A stretch of DNA of 64,000 nucleotides from an uncultured Lachnospiraceae bacterium (lineage in GTDB: Bacteria; Bacillota; Clostridia; Lachnospirales; Lachnospiraceae): positions 9,232 to 73,231 of the forward strand of contig CANRGP010000001.1 in the NCBI GenBank assembly GCA_947630085.1, given 5' to 3'. Within the stretch, counting starts at the first letter, position 1. Every line of letters begins with the position of its first letter. The notes under the pieces were generated by a model. It was not told the origin of the DNA, made no database searches, and saw nothing but the letters and a program-made list of their open reading frames with translations. Positions 57,132 to 64,000 of this stretch are shown one piece after another. Made by a program: the position numbers and the translations under genes.

Positions 57132-58184
57132 ATGGCAAAACAATCCAAATCCCTGTTTAAGGGCCTTGCCCTTGCGGGCTTCTGTATGCAGATCTCATTG
57201 CTTTTCAAATCGGCGGTCCCCATTTACGAGGGATTGTCCGTTATGGCCGAGGACGCGGCAAATGAGGCCGAAAAAAAGGTTCTCACGGGGATGTCCGACA
57301 AGATCCGTATGGGCGGTTCCTTCAGCCAGGCGGTGACCGAAGCCGGGTGCTTCCCCGACTATATGGTGGAGATGATCGTCCTGGGAGAGCGCACCGGTAC
57401 TCTGGACGTGACGCTGGAGGAGCTCTCCGACTACTATGAGAGGGAGACGCGCCTGGCCGAGAGTCTGCGCCGTGCCCTTACCTATCCCGCGATGATGGTC
57501 TTTATGCTCCTTGTGATCCTGTTTATACTTTTCGTAAAGATCATGCCCATTTTCTCCGGCGTCTACGAGCAGCTGGGCGCCTCGATCCCTCCGGTGGCCC
57601 AGGGGGCCATCCGCGTCGGAGGCATTCTCAGCGGCGCCGCCCTGATCGTTATCGTTATCCTGGCGGCCGCCATCGTCCTTTTCCGCCTGCTCGGGCGCAG
57701 CGGAAAGCAGCCGGCGTTTGCCGCCGCTGTCATGAATTTCATCAGTTCCCGGTCCAACATCAGCCGGATGTCCGCTCTTCGGCGCTTCTGCAGCACCATT
57801 TCCGTAACTCTCCGCTGCGGCCTGCGCCTGGAAGAGGGGATGAATATGGCCGACAAGCTGGCGGATCACCCGCAGATATCCCGGTCCATCCGCAAAGCCA
57901 ATGAACTGATCCTCCAGGGAAGCAGCTTCTACGATGCCGTCAAGGACGCGGAGCTCTTCTCCGGATTTGATCTTCAGCTTCTGCGCGTCGCAAGCCGCGC
58001 GGGACAGGTCGAATCCATTCTGCGCAAGCTTGCCGATGATTATGACCAGAAGACCGAAGACGCCCTGGACTCCATGGTCGCCCGTCTGGAGCCGGCCATC
58101 GTGACCATCCTGGCCGTAGCCGTCGGTCTGGTTCTTCTGTCCGTCATGCTGCCGCTGGCAGGGATCCTGTCCGCGATCGGTTAG
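57132..58184 (+). CDS. PilC/T2SSF-family platform protein
   Basis: GERTGTLD, ALTYP, LEPAIV; two T2SSF domains. Confidence 0.9.
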   Translation: MAKQSKSLFKGLALAGFCMQISLLFKSAVPIYEGLSVMAEDAANEAEKKVLTGMSDKIRMGGSFSQAVTEAGCFPDYMVEMIVLGERTGTLDVTLEELSDYYERETRLAESLRRALTYPAMMVFMLLVILFILFVKIMPIFSGVYEQLGASIPPVAQGAIRVGGILSGAALIVIVILAAAIVLFRLLGRSGKQPAFAAAVMNFISSRSNISRMSALRRFCSTISVTLRCGLRLEEGMNMADKLADHPQISRSIRKANELILQGSSFYDAVKDAELFSGFDLQLLRVASRAGQVESILRKLADDYDQKTEDALDSMVARLEPAIVTILAVAVGLVLLSVMLPLAGILSAIG

Positions 58185-58196
58185 GAGGCACATTCC

Positions 58197-58532
58197 ATGA
58201 TCCACGTTGTCCGGTCCAGGAAGAAATACCCCGTTATCGGTTATCTGGCCTCCGCCGCCTTTGTGGCCGTCTGTCTCTACCTGTTTATCTCGGAGACAGG
58301 GGGCGTCGCGGAGCGCACCAAAGAAGAAAATCTGAACGCGCTGGTAGAGGCCGTCCGCCGTGCCTCCGTCCAGTGCTATGCCATTGAGGGGCGCTATCCG
58401 CCCAGCGTAGAATATCTGGAAGAGCATTACGGCATCTCCATTGACAGAAATTCTTACAACGTGTTCTACAGCGGCTGGGCCAGCAACATCATGCCCGACA
58501 TTACCATACTGCCTGTCGAGGAGGAAGAATGA
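58197..58532 (+). CDS. Small pilin-like protein
   Basis: N-terminal hydrophobic helix; AVRRASVQCYAIEGRYPPSVEYLEEHYG. Confidence 0.7.
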   Translation: MIHVVRSRKKYPVIGYLASAAFVAVCLYLFISETGGVAERTKEENLNALVEAVRRASVQCYAIEGRYPPSVEYLEEHYGISIDRNSYNVFYSGWASNIMPDITILPVEEEE

Positions 58533-59047
58533 TGACGGCAAAGGCTTTTAAACGCCCCTCCAAGGGCGCGGAACAGCTCTTTCCGGCTCTGCTGTTCTTC
58601 GTGTTTCTGATCTGCACCATATTCACGATCCTGATCGGAAGCCGGGTATACGAAAATATCCGTTCAAGGGACAACGCCTCTTTTGAGACGGACACGGTAC
58701 TCGCCTACATCACCAACAAGGTCCGCCAGAACGACCGGGCGGACGCGATAGAGGTCCGCGAGGTGAACGGCTGCTCCGTCCTGGTCATGACCTCCCATTA
58801 TGCCACGGCCGACTATGAGACGTGGATCTATGAAAGCCGCGGCAGGCTCTGTCTGATGGAGCTTTTCTCCCGGACAGACAGCGGCCTTTCCATTGATGAC
58901 GGCATCAACATCATGAACTGCGGCAGCCTGCTCTTCTCCATTGAGGAGACAGACAGCGGCGAGCGTGTTCTTGTGATCTCCCTGGGAGACGACTATATTG
59001 CAAAGCTTCTGCTCCGCAGCGGCCCGGAAGGAGGTTTTTCCTCATGA
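58529..59047 (+). CDS. DUF4860-like pilin-like protein
   Basis: N-terminal helix; YITNKVRQND, YETWIY. Confidence 0.7.
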   Translation: MMTAKAFKRPSKGAEQLFPALLFFVFLICTIFTILIGSRVYENIRSRDNASFETDTVLAYITNKVRQNDRADAIEVREVNGCSVLVMTSHYATADYETWIYESRGRLCLMELFSRTDSGLSIDDGINIMNCGSLLFSIEETDSGERVLVISLGDDYIAKLLLRSGPEGGFSS

Positions 59048-59466
59048 AAAGGCAGAAACGGGAACGTACCTCCTACGCTTTTTTGATGGAAATGATGTGG
59101 GTCTGCGCTTTTTTCCTCATCTGCGCCTGTATCTTCGTCCTGGCATTCGCCAGGGCCGAGCAGATGAGCCGCAGGGCCGACTCCCTGAACCGAGCCGTTC
59201 AGTCCTCGTCCAATACGCTTGAGGATCTGTTCGCCGCTTTCGGTGATGCCACAGCCCTCTCCGACCAGCCGGACCGGTGGGAAGAAGCTGTCCGCGAGGC
59301 CGCCGAAACCGCCGGCTCCCAATATTCTACCGGGGATTACACGCTTCAGATTGAACCTCTGATCGAGGACGGCCTTCTGACCGTCACCGTCCGGGCTGTT
59401 GACAGCCGCGACGGCTCCGTGCTTTACACCATATCCGGCGCGCGGGCAGGAAGGAGGCTCCCATGA
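59044..59466 (+). CDS. Pilin-like protein
   Basis: Basic leader followed by FLMEMMWVCAFFLICACIFV. Confidence 0.65.
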   Translation: MKRQKRERTSYAFLMEMMWVCAFFLICACIFVLAFARAEQMSRRADSLNRAVQSSSNTLEDLFAAFGDATALSDQPDRWEEAVREAAETAGSQYSTGDYTLQIEPLIEDGLLTVTVRAVDSRDGSVLYTISGARAGRRLP

Positions 59467-59909
59467 AAAATCGGATTTCCATCGGGATCTCCTCCATCGT
59501 ATTGATCTTTTTGATCCTCTGTCTGGCAGTGTTCAGCCTTCTGAGCCTGAGCGATGCCAAAACTGCCCTCTCATTCTCGGAGCGTCACGCGGACGCCGTG
59601 CGTGTCTATTATGAAGCGGACGCGGCCGGCCAGGCATTCCTTCGGGACTACCGGAACGCCGTCGCACAGGGGCTCTCTCCGGAAGAGGCCGCGCAGAGAG
59701 CGTCCGCCGTCCTTCCGCAGGAGGCTCTCGTCTCACAGACAGAAGACGGCCTTATCAGCTGCGAGATCCCCATGTCAAACGGGCAGAAGATCCGCATGGA
59801 ATTTACCGGCGACGGTTCCGCCGTCACCGCCTGCTATGTATTCAACGATCAGGAGTATACCATTGACACCCGTATGCCCGTTTTCGGGGCAGACGGCGAA
59901 CCGGAATGA
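59463..59909 (+). CDS. Pilin-like protein
   Basis: IG|ISSIVLIFLILCLAVFSLLSL...YYEAD. Confidence 0.65.
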   Translation: MKNRISIGISSIVLIFLILCLAVFSLLSLSDAKTALSFSERHADAVRVYYEADAAGQAFLRDYRNAVAQGLSPEEAAQRASAVLPQEALVSQTEDGLISCEIPMSNGQKIRMEFTGDGSAVTACYVFNDQEYTIDTRMPVFGADGEPE

Positions 59910-59999
59910 TCCGGAACAGCTCCGGCCGCGCTCTCTTCCGCATATCGGCATAATTACGACCCGCCGCCCTCCGGGACGCCGGGAGAAAGGAACATTTCC

Positions 60000-61055
60000 A
60001 TGATACAGGATATTTTAAAACAGGCAGTAGAACAAAACGCTTCCGACATTTTCATGATCCCCGGCATTCCGATCTCCATGAAGGTCCACGGGCAGATCAG
60101 GCCCATGAACGACGAGCGGATCTTTCCCGATGTCATGGATCAGCTGATCACGGAGATCTATGAGATCAGCGGACACCGGAAAATGGACACGATTTTAACC
60201 ATCGGAGACGACGACTTTTCCTTCGCCCTTCCCGGGCTCTCCCGCTTCCGCGCCAGCATCATGAAGCAGCGCGGCTCCCTGGGCGCCATTATCCGTATCG
60301 TGCGGTTTGATCTGCCCAGGCCGGAGATGCTTGGCATTCCGGAAAGCGTGCTGCGGATCTCCCAGCTCAAGAAGGGCCTTGTCCTGGTGACAGGCGCCGC
60401 GGGAAGCGGCAAATCCACTACGCTTGCCTGCGTCATCGACAAGATCAACCACGAGCGCGGGGCCCACATCATCACTCTGGAAGATCCCATCGAATATCTT
60501 CACCGCCACGACAAATCCGTCGTCACGCAGCGTGAAGTCGGGCAGGACACCGAAAGCTACGTGAACGGTCTGCGCGCCGCTCTGCGTCAGGCTCCCGATG
60601 TGATCCTGCTGGGAGAGATGCGTGACTTCGAGACGATCCGCATCGCCATGACGGCGGCGGAGACCGGGCATCTGGTCATCTCCACCTTACATACCGTAGG
60701 CGCCGCCAACACGATCGACCGTATTGTTGACGTCTTCCCGCCGGACGGCCAGCAGCAGGTCCGCGTTCAGCTGTCCATGGTGCTCCAGGCCGTGATCTCC
60801 CAGCAGCTCCTCGCTACTACCGACGGCAAACTGGTTCCCGCTTTTGAGATCATGTACCTGAATAACGCCATCCGCAATATGATCCGCGAGAACAAGATCC
60901 ATCAGATCGACAACGTCATCGCCACCGGAATGTCCGAGGGTATGATGAGCATGAACAACAGCCTTCTGGCCCTCTACAACCAGCGCCGGATCGACAAGGA
61001 AACGTGCATCAACTTCAGTACGGATCCCGATCAGATGCGGATGCGGCTGATCTGA
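60000..61055 (+). CDS. pilT: PilT-family type IV pilus ATPase
   Basis: GAAGSGKST, TLEDPIE, LLGEMRD, TGHLVISTLH, AIRNMIRE. Confidence 0.93.
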   Translation: MIQDILKQAVEQNASDIFMIPGIPISMKVHGQIRPMNDERIFPDVMDQLITEIYEISGHRKMDTILTIGDDDFSFALPGLSRFRASIMKQRGSLGAIIRIVRFDLPRPEMLGIPESVLRISQLKKGLVLVTGAAGSGKSTTLACVIDKINHERGAHIITLEDPIEYLHRHDKSVVTQREVGQDTESYVNGLRAALRQAPDVILLGEMRDFETIRIAMTAAETGHLVISTLHTVGAANTIDRIVDVFPPDGQQQVRVQLSMVLQAVISQQLLATTDGKLVPAFEIMYLNNAIRNMIRENKIHQIDNVIATGMSEGMMSMNNSLLALYNQRRIDKETCINFSTDPDQMRMRLI

Positions 61056-61075
61056 GCTCCCACAGAGGAAATACA

Positions 61076-61121
61076 AAGCGCGGAAGCGGCTTTTCTCAAA
61101 AGCTGCTTCCGCGCTTTTTTT
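61076..61121 (+). terminator. Intrinsic terminator after pilT
   Basis: AAGCGCGGAAGCGGCTTTT/AAAAGCTGCTTCCGCGCTT stem followed by a T-run. Confidence 0.8.
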
Positions 61122-61246
61122 GCGGATCATGGTCCGCTTTTTCATCTCTGGTTCTAACCTGCTGCGGTTTCATCCGGTGCGGGAGAGGCTCTTCGCCTCC
61201 ATACGGGGCCTGGCGCTGTCTGCCCTCCGGGTTGGGGATGTCCGTC

Positions 61247-61600
61247 TCACAATATGTCCCACACAAACAGCAGCAGCAGTACAAAGCCGCCGATCCCGAC
61301 GATGTATACCAGGCCGATCAGGACAGCGGCCTTTATGGCGCCCAGCATATACATCCGCCTCTCTTCAGGCGTCATAGGCTGGTCCAGCGCCGACGGGCTT
61401 TTCTCCGTCTGCGCGGATTCGCTGACAAAGATATCCGGCCTTTCCTGATCTCCTGCGTCCGGAGAGGGCTTTTTGCGTCCGGAGCTCCGGACATCCTTCA
61501 GCCGCCGTCCAAACAGACCGCCGAACAGGCCGGGCCCGGACACGCCGCTCATATCGGCTACGGTGCGCCCGTCATCGTCGTCCCTTTGATCTCGTCCCAT
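61247..61600 (-). CDS. Small hypothetical membrane protein
   Basis: DDDGRTVADMS...C-terminal TM; coupled to oppF stop. Confidence 0.7.
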   Translation of the reverse strand: MGRDQRDDDDGRTVADMSGVSGPGLFGGLFGRRLKDVRSSGRKKPSPDAGDQERPDIFVSESAQTEKSPSALDQPMTPEERRMYMLGAIKAAVLIGLVYIVGIGGFVLLLLFVWDIL

Positions 61601-62760
61601 TACTTATCATACAGGTGGCAGACCACATAATGATCCTTCTCCACCTCGATCTGCTTCGGAGCCTCCACCTTGCACCGTTCCATGCACTGGGCGCAGCGCG
61701 TATGGAACTTGCAGCCCGACGGCGGATTTGCCGGGGACGGGATGGAGCCCTCCAGTACGATACGGTTCATCTTCGCCTTGGGATCCGGGATCGGAATCGC
61801 AGAGAACAGCGCTTTCGTATACGGATGAAGCGGATTGCGGAATATGTCCGCGGTAGAACCGTACTCCACCAGATTGCCCAGGTACATAACGCCTACCACA
61901 TCTGAAATGTGCTCCACTACCGACAGGTCGTGGGAAATAAACAGATATGTCAGGCTGCGCTTCTGCTGGAGCTCCTTTAAAAGGTTGATGATCTGGGCCT
62001 GGATCGATACGTCCAGGGCCGAGACCGGCTCGTCGCAGACCACAAATTCCGGATTCAGCGCCAGAGCGCGGGCAATGCAGATACGCTGCCTCTGTCCGCC
62101 GGAAAATTCATGCGGATAACGGTCCTTGTGGAACGGCTGAAGTCCGCAGTCGTCCATGACCTTGTCGATATAATCATTAAATTCGCTCTTGGGAACCAGA
62201 TTATGCTCCCTCACCGCTTCCCCGATGATCTCTCCTACCGGAAGGCGGGGAGAAAGGCTGGAAAACGGATCCTGGAAAATGATCTGCATCTTGGTGCGCA
62301 GCGCGCGCATTTCCTTCGGAGAAAGATCGTAAATCTCCTGGCCGTTGAAGAGGACCTGGCCTCCGCTCTTCTCTCCGCCGAGTCTGAGGATCGCCCTCCC
62401 TGTGGTCGTCTTTCCGCAGCCGGATTCTCCTACCAGACCCATCGTGGTTCCACGGCGCAGATTGAAGGTAACGCCGTCCACGGCCTTCACCCAACCTATG
62501 GTCTTGGTGACCATGCCGCCCTTGATGGGGAAATATTTCTTCAGCGCATTGACCATCAGGATATACTGATCGTCATATGTCACCGGCGTATAGTTGTTCT
62601 CGATCTCAAGGGAACCGGAGCGTTTTTTATTGGTGTGAATCTCCTGCTCGATGCGTTCTTTTCGTTTTTCCATCTCCACATCGACCTGCTCCGGAGATTT
62701 GTTCAGAGGTTCCGGATGGGCTCTTCCGACACCCTCGGCTAATTCTTTCACTCCCGCCAT
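61600..62760 (-). CDS. oppF: Oligopeptide ABC transporter ATPase
   Basis: [32 protein letters not shown]; start MAGVK at 62760. Confidence 0.92.
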   Translation of the reverse strand: MAGVKELAEGVGRAHPEPLNKSPEQVDVEMEKRKERIEQEIHTNKKRSGSLEIENNYTPVTYDDQYILMVNALKKYFPIKGGMVTKTIGWVKAVDGVTFNLRRGTTMGLVGESGCGKTTTGRAILRLGGEKSGGQVLFNGQEIYDLSPKEMRALRTKMQIIFQDPFSSLSPRLPVGEIIGEAVREHNLVPKSEFNDYIDKVMDDCGLQPFHKDRYPHEFSGGQRQRICIARALALNPEFVVCDEPVSALDVSIQAQIINLLKELQQKRSLTYLFISHDLSVVEHISDVVGVMYLGNLVEYGSTADIFRNPLHPYTKALFSAIPIPDPKAKMNRIVLEGSIPSPANPPSGCKFHTRCAQCMERCKVEAPKQIEVEKDHYVVCHLYDK

Positions 62761-63914
62761 TATGCGTTCCCTCCCTTCTCTGCATCCGCATAGTACCGAT
62801 AACAGCTGACCTTGTGCGTCGGAGAAATGCTGACCTCCTCGGGATATGCCCCGTCGCAGCGGCCCACGCACATCTCGCAGCGGTCCTTAAAGTAGCAGTA
62901 GTTCGGCATATTGATGGGATTGGGCACCTTGCCCGGGATCGAATACAGATGATCCACCTGCTTGCCGACCACCGGCTTGGATGCCATCAGTCCGATCGTG
63001 TAGGGGTGAGCGGGATTGTCGAAGATCTCCTCCGCCGTTCCCTTCTCCACGATCCGTCCCGCGTACATGACCACCACATAGTCGGCCATCTCAGCGATAA
63101 CGCCGAGGTCATGCGTGATAAACATGATCGAGGAATTGATCTTGTCCTTCAGATTGCGAAGCAGATCCAGCACCTGAGCCTGGATCGTCACGTCCAGAGC
63201 GGTCGTCGGTTCATCGGCGATGATGACCTTCGGCCGGCAGGCCAGCGCCATCGCTATGACCACACGCTGCCGCATTCCGCCGGACAGCTCGTGCGGGAAC
63301 ATCTTATAGACTCCCTCGCTGTTGGCGATGCCTACCATCTCCAGAAGCTCAATGGTGCGGGCCTTCATCTTCTCCTTGCTCATATCCTTATTGTGAAGCT
63401 CCAGAACCTCCTCCAACTGATCGCCGATCCGGAACACCGGGTTCAGCGCCGTCATAGGCTCCTGGAAGATCATGGACACAAAATTTCCGCGCAGATCCTG
63501 CAGCTTCTCGTACGGCATCTTCGCCACGTCGTAAGCCTTGTCTCCCAGGTTCAGGCGAATCTCGCCCTCCACGATCTGGCCCTGGGGCCTCTGGAGGAGC
63601 TGCATCAGCGAGAGGCTGGTAACGGATTTGCCGCAGCCGGATTCGCCCACCACGCCCACGGTTTTCCCGATGGGCACCTCGAAGGTGACGCCGTCAACGC
63701 TCTTGACGGTTCCGCTGTCGGTAAAAAAGTATGTATGCAGATTATCAAACTCCACGGAATTGTTCGGGTCATGCATCGTAGTAAGGTATTCGCTTTCCGG
63801 GACATTCTTGCGCTTGCGTTTTTTCTCAAGCTCGTTGGTGATCTTTCGGTTCTGTTTGGAGATCCGGCGCGATTCCTTTGCCGACAGATATCCCTCTGCT
63901 TTCTTCTTTGCCAT
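62760..63914 (-). CDS. oppD: Oligopeptide ABC transporter ATPase
   Basis: [26 protein letters not shown]. Confidence 0.92.
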   Translation of the reverse strand: MAKKKAEGYLSAKESRRISKQNRKITNELEKKRKRKNVPESEYLTTMHDPNNSVEFDNLHTYFFTDSGTVKSVDGVTFEVPIGKTVGVVGESGCGKSVTSLSLMQLLQRPQGQIVEGEIRLNLGDKAYDVAKMPYEKLQDLRGNFVSMIFQEPMTALNPVFRIGDQLEEVLELHNKDMSKEKMKARTIELLEMVGIANSEGVYKMFPHELSGGMRQRVVIAMALACRPKVIIADEPTTALDVTIQAQVLDLLRNLKDKINSSIMFITHDLGVIAEMADYVVVMYAGRIVEKGTAEEIFDNPAHPYTIGLMASKPVVGKQVDHLYSIPGKVPNPINMPNYCYFKDRCEMCVGRCDGAYPEEVSISPTHKVSCYRYYADAEKGGNA

Positions 63915-63930
63915 CTTCCTTCCTCCTTTC

Positions 63931-64000
63931 CTATCGCTTCATCTTGGGATCAAAGGCATCTCTCAGACCGTCGCCCACGAAGTTGAAGCCGAGTACGGTG
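63931..64000 (-). CDS. oppC: Oligopeptide ABC permease, C-terminal fragment
   Basis: ...TVLGFNFVGDGLRDAFDPKMKR*. Confidence 0.85.
   Translation of the reverse strand, partial: TVLGFNFVGDGLRDAFDPKMKR

Overview
GC-rich, gene-dense chromosomal window from a Clostridia bacterium, most likely Lachnospiraceae (inferred from gene families and synteny). From left to right it contains: (1) a Wadjet/Mks-like jetA-jetB-jetC SMC cluster, with jetC running off the left edge and missing from the ORF track. (2) A 1129-aa MscS channel fused to two Cache-like extracytoplasmic domains, coupled to an orphan amino-acid-binding lipoprotein and a class B sortase. (3) A MelB-type transporter broken by a TGA at a conserved Trp. 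(4) Housekeeping genes (aroK, CBS-PPase, tRNA deaminase, trkAH, nrdG, murG). (5) A complete Tad/Flp pilus operon, including a 59-aa Flp pilin missed by the track. (6) Glycogen genes, a two-component system, a 3x106-bp palindromic repeat array and a degenerate GGDEF-EAL protein. (7) A small tRNA-Lys-linked islet (YARHG lipoprotein plus an Rpn nuclease with an internal start) bounded by a 14-bp direct repeat. (8) A second, minimal type IV filament-like operon with PilC, PilT and a transglutaminase-like protein but no PilB, followed by the end of an oligopeptide ABC operon. The best candidates for undescribed systems are the SBP + double-Cache-MscS module and the PilT-only operon. All domain calls are from motif recognition by eye; no database searches were run.
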